Part shown: in pieces, positions 23,517 through 35,384 of the stretch
How positions within the stretch are numbered: the stretch's first letter is position 1
Layout of the letters: each line of letters begins with the position of its first letter
Assembly: GCF_963506605.1 (NCBI RefSeq)
Contig: NC_083281.1
Location: 32,612,001 to 32,676,000, forward strand
Length of the DNA: 64,000 bases
DNA from: Zootoca vivipara
Lineage: Eukaryota
Direction: 5' to 3'
Position numbers and translations under genes: made by a program
Notes under the pieces: model-generated
Database searches by the model: none
Told to the model about the DNA's origin: nothing
Seen by the model: only the letters and a program-made list of their open reading frames with translations

Positions 23517-26500
23517 TATATCCTTCTTTTCCTACAAGAAGCTTAAGAAAATGTACATTATTCTGGCCCTATGTTTTATCCCCACAACCCCATGAGGTTA
23601 GTTAGGCTGAGAGAGAGTGATGGCTGAAGGTGAGCTTCATGGCTGAGTAGGGCTATGAACTTGGGCTTCCCCAATCTGCTCAACGCTCCACCTATTAAAG
23701 GAACAGGAACCTGTGGCCATCCAAATGTCGCTGAACTACGACTCCCATCATCTGTGACCATTGGCTGGCTGAGACTGATGGGAGTTGCAAGTTCAGCAAC
23801 TTTTACAGACTCACAGGTTCCCCACCTCTGCACAAGAGAATAGGTTGTTGTTATCTACCTAGGATATTTAAATTCTCTCCTCAAGCCAGTTATCTCAACA
23901 TGCAACAAGGAACAAATATCTCATTGTGTGATTTTTAAAAACATCCAGCAATAAGTGTTTATGTATTATGAGCTTGTTTTGTGTTATATTATATTGGATA
24001 AAACACTTAAAGCAGTCAAAATCATATTCTCTTGTTTCTGATGTATATGGTGACTTTAATCACCCTAAGAAGCTATTAGCTGTTTAACATTGCCATTATT
24101 ATCTAACAACCCTTTCAACTGAGTAGTTAAGCATATCTATGATGGAAAAAGTACTTCTGATAGCACTCTGTGATCCTGCCAAAGCCCTGGTCTTGCTGTG
24201 GAATGACAAGATGCTGAGTGCAACCAATACAATTGCTCTGAAGCACCCTCTCCAATACAGAAAAAAAATGTTTTTAGTCCTATGATATACTGGGGATCTG
24301 CATTCTATGAAACCAGCTAGAAGACAGCAGGAAAACAGGTGACAAAAGTCATGCTGTGAAGCGGGCTGAACGTGAATTATGCCTATTTGATGGTGAAAGC
24401 AGCAAAAAGGACATATTTTGCTACCTCTATCACATCCTCAATGAATCATCCAGCAGAGCTCTTCAGGTCCATGAATTGTTGACATGTGTATCAGTGGACA
24501 GTGTCCAGGGCACCTCAGAGACCTGCTGCAATTTGCTTGCTAGCTACTCTGAAGACAAATTTGTCTACCTCCATAGCAAACTTGACACCACAATTGAAAC
24601 AGCTCCAATTAAGCAATTCTGCTACCAAGCAGAGTTCAAAATGCATGTACATGCAAGGCCCTAATACAGCTTGTTATCAGGTTACTTGAGAAACCACGTT
24701 ACCCCCTTACAAACTCAGTACATTCTGCCAGAGTCTCTCCTTGAAGTCCCTAAAATATCAGACACCTGCTGTACAGCAACTTAGAACAGGGTTTTCTGTG
24801 GGGCTGCCTGTGTTTCGAGATGTGTTTTGAGATTCGTGTTCAGATGCTCACTATTTGTAGGTCCAGTTTTTGGAAACAGTTGAAGAATTTAGGGGGAAAG
24901 TAGTCCACATTTCAATTAAAAATAATTTTCAAAGTTCATATCAAGAATAAAAACAAGAATATCCAACAACAAACAAAAAAGGATAGATGGCATTAATGTA
25001 GGGAAAATTAAAGGACCAACAATAATACCTGAAATCAACAAAGACCATTTTTGTTGACTTGTGGTGTGTAAATTGATGTATTCAGCGATTTGTCATTCAG
25101 TCCTCAACTCACATTTACATTATCAATGTAATGCCTCAATTCAGAATAGGTTATAATTTACTCAGACTAATCTGTAAATTTCCATGTTCAATTTGAACTT
25201 CTGAAGTCTGGTCCCCTTTCATTCATTAGTCAAACCACACAGTCCTCCCCACCTCACCTTATTAATGGGCTTATTTTCCCTTTGTTCTTGCCATTAATAT
25301 TGGATTTCCCTCTTCCTTTTGTCCAGAACTTCTTTTCCAATAGATATCCAGCTGATAAAGATTTCCCCAATGTATCCCTGGTCCCAACCAGCTGCCCGAT
25401 TAAGCTTTTGTTTCATTTTGTATTAAAAACACTCAACTGGGAAATACCTAATATCCCTGATTCCATTTAGGAGAACCTCCAACGCAGATGTTGATAGGAA
25501 GACAGCAGGGGGGCATATGCTATGAAAACCTGGGCCAGTTTTAAAGCAATCTTTTGATTTCCCCCTTCTCTCTGTTGTGCTAAATACAGGCTTCTTTTAG
25601 AACTCTCAGACACAGGACAATCATTCTGCAATTTTCAGATTTCATTTTCAAAGACAGCCTGTGTGTGTGTGTTTACTTAGAAGCAAATCCCACTGTGTCC
25701 AGTAAGGTTTACTCCCAAATAACTGTACAGCCTTATTGCAGCTTAAATGATTCCCAAGATGCTAATTCAAACAGGAAACTTTACATTAAGTAAGAGACAA
25801 AGCCATCACAACATAGCTAATGTCAAAAACAAAGTAGAAAAGAAGGAGGTATACAATGGAAACACTGAGGGGCAAGATTCACAATAGCGTAAGCATGCAT
25901 CTGTTCGCACCACAGAGGTTCTCCTCTCCCCTGTACCCCCAAAATCTACTTCAGGAGTCAGGGAATTCTCCAGAGCAGAATGGAAGGGTGCAAGGATTAG
26001 AGTGGGGAAAAGAAAAACAAAAGGTTTCACTTGTGCAAGCAGATTTGCATTGCAGAAATGAGCAAACATCACTGAATGTCATCCACTATGGCCAAGTTCA
26101 GATATCATTTTCCATATTTTGATGGAACTATTAGGAATAATCAATGTTCCCAGATTTAAGATACTGTTTCATGTTAAATGTCTTAGGTTTCAACCCACTC
26201 AATTAAATTCAGGACAAAACTGACTGATTTTAGCTGATCTTGTTTACCTTCCGTAGGGCAAAACTAGACATTATATGGAAGACCAGTGTAAAATTCACAT
26301 TACTTTACTTCATTCTGTTTTATGATTGGCAACCAAAGAAGGTCAGAGAAGTGTTGAAGGGGATTTTTTTTTTTCTGATCACAGTCAGTCCCCCAACCTG
26401 CTTTTCTACCTGCAGAGAAAAAGATACCATCTTTCTCGCACTGCAATGGAAAAGCAATTGAGAGGCAATTTTGTCTGGAAAAAGCAACCCCCAACCATTT

Positions 26501-27000
26501 CACTGTTTGTGAGATCAAATTTATAGCCTCCCACAAATGTTTTGGGGTTTTTTTCTGTTAATGAGTCAGGAAATTTTATATGACTTTACTTCACAAAATT
26601 CCCAATAATAAGTCATTTGCTTCATGTCCTCAATGCACTTTTTAAAAAACTGCTGTACATCTTGTATGTTGCTAGAGATGCATAACAAAGTCCATTATTT
26701 GGAAATATCTTTCTTAAGAGTTCTACAGAATTCTTCACCAGGCTGTTAGAAACTCAGATATATAAGCTAGGCACCAAATGGTGCCTTAAATATATGTTAC
26801 GTCACCACAACAGAATATCTATTTGCCATGGGGTTGAACTAGATAACCCTCACAGTATCTTCCAATGCTATGATTCTATGATCTCAACTGCACTGCTTGT
26901 CTGTAGCTTGCTCTTACAACAATTCACTTGTCCCAGTATGCTGGAAGCAGAAACAAACAGAAATGGAAATGCTATTAACAACGGACTAAGGCAAACTCCA

Positions 27001-27321
27001 GGACGCAGGTGGCGCTATCAGATCAGGTCGGTGGTTCGAATCCCTGCAACGGGGTGAGCTCCCGTTGCTCAGTCCTAGCTCCTGCCATCCTAGCAGTTCG
27101 AAAGCACATCAAAGTGCAAGTAGATAAATAGGTACCGCTACAGCAGAAAGGTAAATGGTGTTTCCGTGTGCTGCTCTGGTTTGCCAGAAGCGGCTTTGTC
27201 ATGCTGGCCACATGACCTGGAAGCTGTACGCCGGCTGCCTCGGCCAATAACGCGAGATGAGCACCACAACCCCAGAGTCGGTCACGACTGGACCTAATGG
27301 TCAGGGGTCCCTTTACCTTTT
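27001..27321 (+). mobile_element. Sauria SINE (5' internal deletion)
   Basis: tRNA-like head with GGTTCGAATCC B-box, tail ggggtccctttaccttt; 14-bp TSD taaggcaaactcca. Confidence 0.92.
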
Positions 27322-28975
27322 TAAGGCAAACTCCATGTAGTAAAACATGCCTGGCACCTGGGGAATTTCAAACAATGGTCTTGATGTTATGATGAAGAGT
27401 TTTGAAGAATTTGAAAGCTTACTCACTATTTTCTGACATTCTATTTGGACCTAATAGGTAATGCCTCACAATGGATTCTGCAATACGTCCTAATCAACAC
27501 AGCTTCCTTTGATTTTATCTAAGACTCTAAGTCTAAGCAAACAACACATTAGCCTCCAAACAAGTATTCATCTTCAATTTGCACCCAGTAAGTTACATCC
27601 AGATCCAAAATAATTCTGATTGTTAAAGGCCTAATTCCAGACATATTACCTATTAGCTTCAGCATGTAGGTGTAGCTTACAGCAGAACCAACAAGACAAT
27701 TTTGTAAAAATCCACATTCAGAGTATAAAGGAATAAAAAGCCACACAAATCCGCTTTTCTGCAAACACTGTTGATATCATTGTTAGAGTTAAAACCATAG
27801 TGATGAAGCCCCTTTAAACAAATCCAGCATAAAAATGCAGCGCGGGACCAAAAAGCTGGCTATGATCATACTCTGTGCTAGCCAGAAAATGCCTGGTTTC
27901 TGCTGATGTAATCAAAACCTTCTTAAAGCCATCCCTTCTGTATTTCCTCAAAGCAAATTAAAACAATTTTATTTGGTATACTATCATAAGAAGTAAGGGA
28001 TCAGAAGCACTTTCATGAAAAACCCACTTTTTTAAAGTAAACAATTATATCTGATTAGAATATTAGTGAAGTAGGTATATTTATTATGTGCTGGGTGATT
28101 ATAGCATAGATGACCATCACAAACCTATCAATTGTTCATAAGATAAGCAGTAATCAAAGTAATTACTTGCTCTTTCACATTGTGAACTTAAATAGCAGTA
28201 AGGAGCTATCCGGCAAGCTGCATTAAGTAAGGCTGCAATCCTGAAGTGTAAATCCCACCAAATTTAGTAGGTCAAGCTGCAAGACTCACAACCTGATCCT
28301 ATGTTTACTCAGCAGTAAGTTCAATGGAGTTTGTTCCCTGGTAAACATACATATGATGGCAGCCTTGTTTTTATCAGCTTTTTACTAGATAAGAAATAGA
28401 GAAAAGCAGACTTGATGCTACAAGTCCTATGCAATATTTGAACAAAGCTGATTTCAGAAACACATGCCTAGCTTTGGCTCACAATACATCATGGCTGAGA
28501 TCCAAACAGCTACCTGAGATGAACCCTATGAGTTGTCTGCCCAGTAGTTCCCCAGTACTTTTTCTTCTTTCAACACCAGACCTACAATTTTTTCTCCAAA
28601 GTTTGTAGTATCAGACTGAAGTAACAGAATGAAGCCAAACACTGGTTTTAGTTTTATATATCTGTCATTTGACCAGAGAAAAGCACAAGATAGGGGGGGG
28701 GGGGAAAGTTAGTATTATCAATAGTTTTAACATTTACAGTGCATTTCTATACATGCCTATGTAGAAAGAAGACCCATTTCATTCAACAGCTCCTACTCCC
28801 AGGAAAACTTGTATAGACTTGCAGCCTTACTACAGCAGACTGCAGTCTTCATGTAGCAGAATGATGCAAGAAAACAGGATGTAAAAAATACACTTTACCT
28901 TCGTAACACTGTACATGGAACACACCCATTTCTGGTGAAGCAGCAGTTACTCGCAGGAGGAGCATGTTACCAATA

Positions 28976-29392
28976 CAGTGGAACCTCGGTTTATGAACAC
29001 CTCGGTTTATGAATTTTCGGTTTATGAACGCCGCGGACCCATCTGGAACGGATTAATTCATTTTCCATTACTTTCAATGGGAAAGTTTGCTTCAGTTTAT
29101 GAACGCTTCAGTTTATGAACAGACTTCCGGAACCAATTACACCCATGCTTCAGTTTATGAACGCTTCAGTTTAAGTACTCCGCGGACCCGTCTGGAACGG
29201 ATTAATTCACTTTCCATTACTTTCAATGGGAAAGTTTGCTTCAGTTTATGAACACTTACTCCGCGGACCGTCTGGAACGGATTAATTCACTTTCCATTAC
29301 TTTCAATGGGAAAGTTCGCTTCAGTTTATGAACGCTTCACTTTATGAACAGACTTCCGGAACCAATTGTGTTCATAAACCGAGGTACCACTG
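28976..29392. mobile_element. Tc1/mariner-superfamily MITE, same family as 20138-20564
   Basis: Identical TIRs, TA TSD, three internal modules. Confidence 0.9.
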
Positions 29393-30094
29393 TATAAAGA
29401 TTTGCTACTGCATAATAAGCAACAGGAGAAATCACTCCCAGAAAGGGACATGGGGCAATATTAGCAGGGAAAGGGCATTTCAGTGAACAATTGCATTCAC
29501 CTTGCTATCACTTGGACTACTAAGGATGACTTATATTGCCACCAAATTTCTATATGAAAATCACTTCCATGTGCAAATATACACCACTGAGAGCAAGATT
29601 ACACAAATATGGAAAATCTTCACACACTAGGACCTACAGGGATATGACTTTAATGTAGACAGATGAATGAATTGGAATAAAGGTGCCAGAGCATACAAAG
29701 TTATCCAGTGCATTCCTCAGAGGGTTGAAATAAATGTCTTTCCGCAATCCCAAATGTATTATGACAGAGGTGTGAAGTCTCAGGCGGCGGGTGTGTGTGT
29801 GTGGATCCAACCCTCCAGGCTTCTCCATCCAACCTTCAGGAGCCAGGCTGGAATGTTCCTTAACTATGATAATACTTCTTGTTTGCCTTGATGGAGGTGG
29901 GATATATTTGTGTGTGCACAGAAACTTCAAACTTTTGTGTGACTGGATGTAACTTAATATACAAAAGGCAAAGAGTTACTGTACATCCTACCTACTTTTC
30001 CCTCTGGCAAATGTCAGTGCTCCCTCTCAAAGGTTTCCCATGCAAGACTGCAGGCCTTGAGCTGAGAAAGGTTCCTCACTTCTGTACAGTATAA

Positions 30095-30259
30095 GAATCA
30101 TAGAATCATAGAGTTGGAAGAGACCACAAGGGCCATCCAGTTCTGGGCACCACAGTTCAAGAAGGATACTGACAAGCTGGAACGTGTCCAGAAGAGGGCA
30201 ACCAAAATGGTCAAAGGCCTGGAAACGTTCCAGCTTGTCAGTATCCTTCTTGAACTGTG
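30095..30259. mobile_element. Rearranged CR1 LINE 3' fragment
   Basis: (CATAGAAT)n CR1 tail in minus orientation joined to a plus-orientation RT-end fragment (cagttctgggcaccacagttcaagaaggat...ctggaacgtgtccagaagagggcaacc) and a second inversion. Confidence 0.8.
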
Positions 30260-30370
30260 ATTTTTAATATTAGACATACTAAGTTAATATCAATCATTTC
30301 AATGGGTCTACCATGAGTAAAACTTAGAATACTATATCCTGCATCTCTTAAGATGGAATTTTAAAAAGTC

Positions 30371-30490
30371 ATCATAGAATCATAGTACTGTAGAGTTGGA
30401 AGGGACTCTGACAGTCATCTAGTCCAACCCCTGCAATGCAGGAACTGCTGCTAAAGAATCCCTGACAGATGCCCATTCAACCTCTGGTTA
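30371..30490 (-). mobile_element. CR1 3' end fragment
   Basis: atcatagaatcatag...gagttggaagggac...catctagtccaacccctgcaatgcagg. Confidence 0.75.
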
Positions 30491-31719
30491 AAATCAAAAC
30501 TTAAAAGCTGTATTTATTCTCATTCATTGCTGTAACATATATAAATCAAAATTATTCCCTCAAAAAAATTGATTCATTCTATTAAAACAAATAAGATAGA
30601 AAGTCAAGTAATGAGGTCAATGCAGAATTCTAATCCTCACTGAGAGACAGGTACAACAAGGAAATCCATAACAGAAGTTGAGATGAAATACCATTCGCAG
30701 TCATTAATTAGAGCAAATCCACATCTTTTATTAAAATACCATTAACCCTAAGATTTTCTCTTTGGGTCAATATTTTGTAAGTCTGCATAGGGTTGCTGCT
30801 ATGTCAGTACTTGTGCCAGTGTAAATAACAGGCATCCTGTGGCTTGTACTTTGGACTGCCACCCTTCTGTAAGGGTTCCACTTGTCCCACATCTGTTATG
30901 ACTTAGGAAACTTTCACATTCCAACATATTGTCAGGAAAACAGACACAAGTGAAATAAACTCCCCATTTTCCCCTGCAAGTGTTGACATGCTTAATTGAT
31001 GCTTTAAGTTAAAACTTCTTTCCACAATGGAAACAATTAGATATTGGTAACATGCATTTTCTGTGAGTTTTAACTGTTTGTGGTGCCTCACCAGAAATGA
31101 ATTCAAACCAGTTTTGGATTATTTATCGACCAGCCCTAGATATCATAGTCAATGATATTGAAAGTCAATGAGAAATTGAAGAGAATCAGCAGGGTCACAC
31201 TCACACTATTTCTCTCCCTACACAGCTCATCAAGCAGGGTGATCACAGTATATAGTTTTACTGTCCTGAGGTGGTGGGCCAACATAAAATTGACAACTTG
31301 CAACACTGCATTGAGTGAGCCTGAGCATATCCAATTTTTGCTTTCCACAGCAGACCTTAGGAAGAGGTTATAAAACACTAAACTAAATAAAAAAAGCATA
31401 GCTTTTTTAGAAACAAATTCCATTCCACTCAATGGCACACTGCACAGTAATGTGTTCAGAATAGAAATGCCAGATTCAAGATTATTGCTCTCCGAGTCTG
31501 TCATGGTCACTGCAAATGAGGATGCAGAGGAGAAAATTACACACCAGTGAATATAACACAAACTTTTCAGATGATTTGTGTTATGTGTAAAAAAAATTCC
31601 CCTGGCCTGCTATATTTTAAGTTTATTTCCTCGGTTTTTATTTCCTCTGCTTTAAGTTTTGGTTACCAGATTTTTTTCAAGGAATCGGGGGACACATTAA
31701 AAAAAAAATTAATGCTTTA

Positions 31720-32327
31720 TTTTAGGAAAGGTTGCCCAGCGTTATTGACCTTTTTTTACGGGGGAAAGCCCAAAATTGTTGGGAGCGCACCTCGACACAA
31801 GGCAGGCAGAGAAGCCCATCTACAAACACACAAACGCCAAAAAAGAGAGAGAGAGAGATGGGGGGGAGAGAGAGATTGAGTAAAGGTGCTTGCTGGTCTT
31901 GGGAAAACACGCATTAAAGCACACACACAAGGCACTGGTTTCTCATAACCGGGAGACCGCTGAAGGGCGAGTGCAGTCTCTATGGAGATTTAACTGGCGG
32001 CGGTGGTGTCTTATTACCAGAGGTGGACAAACAGCGGCTCTGTGTGAGTTTGGGGCGAGTGTTGATCAAGGAAGCAAGCCACAAAGAAGCTCTCTGGCTC
32101 GTGCCTTGGTTTAAATAGCACCCCCCCCCCGGCCAGTGGATTGGCTGGCTGGAACTTTGACGTGGCCAGGGCCTTCAGTGCTGCTCGCTGCCATGGCGCC
32201 TGCCATGTTGCCTCACCGGAAGTCCCCAGGTATAAATCCGGGGACATTAATTGAAATCCTGAGACATTCCGGGGACAGATTTTGTCCGGGGACAGATTGG
32301 TGAATCCAGGGACATCTGGTAACCCTA
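31720..32327. mobile_element. Truncated hAT-like element
   Basis: Right terminus gggacatctggtaacccta with repeated ccggggaca subterminal motifs; the left boundary is uncertain. Confidence 0.5.
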
Positions 32328-32644
32328 CTTTAAGCAATAAAACATTTCTACTTTGCAAGAAGAGTTAACTCGCAAACCATAAAGAACACTACAGACCTAA
32401 ATACTTTCAGAAAAATTATACTTTGAACACTAATTTCCAAAAGGTAAAATAAGATCTATTTTGCAGAAGCAAAAACACGTGTGACCATATTAGCAGAAAT
32501 AATATAAGCAAAGAGACAGGAGACCATATCAGTAAAGCACACAGGGAAAATGTGTGACTGATATGAATGAAACTGATAATATTGAACCATGTAAGACCTG
32601 TATCATTAAAAAGAGGCTAAGGAGCAGTGTTAGAAACTGATATA

Positions 32645-33010
32645 TGAAAGCTAGGAGTTAAATGGCACCTTAAATCTAGGTTATGGGTGCAACAACAAAA
32701 TGTCAAGGCACACTTTTTATAACAAGAATACAAAGCTGAAAATGAGTGAAACGCACCTAAAATCTTATGTTCATTTTTCACATGGTCTAGTCTTTCCCCT
32801 GCCCACCCCACTAATATTTTTATGAAGTCTCTTCTCCAGTCTTCAGAGAGTAGCTGGAAGTGGGGAGACAGAAAAAAAGTCCTTTCCTTCCACTCTGCAG
32901 TTTTAATCTGAAATCTTAGGTGCAAAACTGCGCCCAGAGCTCAGAAACTGCTTGTGCTAAGGAAATTCCCTGTTGCAAATAGTGCCTAGAACAATGGGAG
33001 TTTCGAACAC
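32645..33010 (+). repeat. Second copy of 22735-23080
   Basis: Aligns to 22735-23080 across its full length, same orientation. Confidence 0.85.
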
Positions 33011-35029
33011 TGCTAAGGTGTAAACCTTACACAAATCCGGAGTGGAGTCCCTAAAACGGTTGGATGGTGCCAGTGTTCAAAATGAGCCAAGCACATTTTG
33101 CACCTGGCTACTGACCACATGTGACCAAGCAAAGATGCCTGGGGGTCAGCTGTCTATATAATAAGCCCATCAAAAGTAGTAGCCTGCCCTGAATTTTTTG
33201 CATTTGCCTTCATGTAATTCCTTCTAGCCCATGGCTACCAGACTACTGCTTAAAAAAAAGGCTGGTTTCTATCCCATCCCAACCCTTCTGAATGCAAGTT
33301 TAAACTTGACAGTCTCAGATTTTCCAGTAAATGGTAGAGTGCAGCCTGCTCATACACTTTTAAGAACAGAAGTTTAGGTTTGTCCTATGAATACCAAACA
33401 CAACAAGGCTGCCTATGTGGATGTTACTATCATGGGGATTTACTGTGCCGTAGGCAGAGTCACTTAAGGGGAAAAACTTCGCTCCTTCACCTCCTCACGT
33501 GAGCAAAATTTGGCTAAGCAGTGGTGCCACTGCACTATAAATGCCAATAGGACATCCATGGTAGACTTACAACTTTCTCTTAAAAACAACTTGCACAACT
33601 GTGATTCCATGCACTAGTAACTGAGCACAGATTATACAGTAAAATAAGAAGGAATTAAACGTATGCAAATCAGCAGCAAATAATTTCTAGGGTAACTCTT
33701 TTCCTACTATATCAATAACACAAATGTCATCACATGCTCATCATTGGAAAGTTTGGCTGCTGCTTGAGTTAGAAAAACTAAGATGGAACCTACAGCCAAA
33801 TCATGTATACCGTACCTTAAAACCAGTATTTTCTGCTTCTTGTGACACAGGCAACCTAATAAAAGATTGTCCTTGCATTCATAAGAATCAATTCACATGC
33901 TGAACCTACAAGAAGCCCTTTCAATTAATGTCAGCAATATCACATTGCTCTGATTTCCCAACAACAGATGGGGGAAACTATCCATCATGACATGTGGGAG
34001 GGCAAGTACAAAACTTCACAAGATGAAAGAGATGCACATTTACCAGCACCAGATGCTTTCCCTATGAACACACAAATGAAGATAGATACACTAATGATAT
34101 GGTCTTCTATCTCAGCCCAATTTTTTTTTTAAGTTGCCTATCAAAACAAATAAAACACACTTCCTAGACAGTGTATTTGTGGTCAGGCGCGCGCTTGTCA
34201 AATGACAGATAAAATGATTATAATACAGTTACAGATTTCACAAAGCCCTGCTTATGAGAATCCCAAAATTTTACTAATGCTTCTTCCTACTCCCAGAACT
34301 AGCAAAACCTACCCAAAAAAACTAAACAGCTCCTTTAAATGAGAACTAGAACAGCATGAGTTAATATCTGGAAGTTTAATGTGGAACTACTGCTCACAAG
34401 ATTAAACAGGACAAGCATTAACAACTAATATTATTATCTGGATTAACTACAAGCCATGAACATTCCAATCTAATCCATTTGATAAACAAAGCGAAATCTG
34501 TCTGCACTTCAGTGTACTACTCTCTGAAAAGTTTTATAATCTCATCCCCTACTACAACAGTGGTTTCCAAACTGTCATATTTCAGGGATTCTTTTCCACG
34601 CTGGCTTATCTGCCAAGGAACCCCTTTATTCTGTGAAACAACTATGTTGCAAAAGATTTGGGATATGAGCAGATTCTAGCACACACATTCACTTTATGCA
34701 GGACACTGGCCAGACAAGTTGAGACTCACCACTACTCCTCATGAACCAAGTGTGTGACCTAAAACATACCCAATACAGTACTTATCTCACTGAAGAACTC
34801 AAATAGACTTACTGTACATAACAGTTTGAAAATCTTAAACCAACAATAAATACACAGTGGGTTGTAGCCATTACTAATCCTATTCAGAGTACACCCATTA
34901 AAATTACTGGGCATGACTATGTTAGGTCCATTAATTTCAACAGATGTACTCTATGTAGAACTTAGCTCAATAGAAAATGTGAACAAATGCACACTTATTT
35001 TATTGTATTGTATTGTTTATGTTTGCACA

Positions 35030-35384
35030 GGGACATGGGTGGCGCTGTGGGTTAAACCACTGAGCCTAGGGCTTGCTGATCAGAAGGTCAGCGGTTCAAA
35101 TCCCCACAGCAGGGTGAGCTCCCGTTGCTCAGTCCCAGCTCCTGCCAATCTAGCAGTTTGAAAGCACGTCAAGGTGCAAGTAGATAAATAGATACCGCTC
35201 CGGCGGAAAGGTAAACAGTGTTTCCGTGCAGCTGCTCTGGTTCGCCAGAAGCGGCTTAGTCATGCTGGCCACATGACCCGGAAGCTGTACGCCAGCTCCC
35301 TCGGCCAGTAAAGCGAGATGAGCGTCGCAACCCCAGAGTCGTCTGCGACTGGACCTAACAGTCAGGGGTCCCTTTACCTTTACC
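35030..35384 (+). mobile_element. Sauria SINE, full length
   Basis: A/B boxes, (ACCTTT)n tail; 11-bp TSD tatgtttgcac. Confidence 0.93.
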
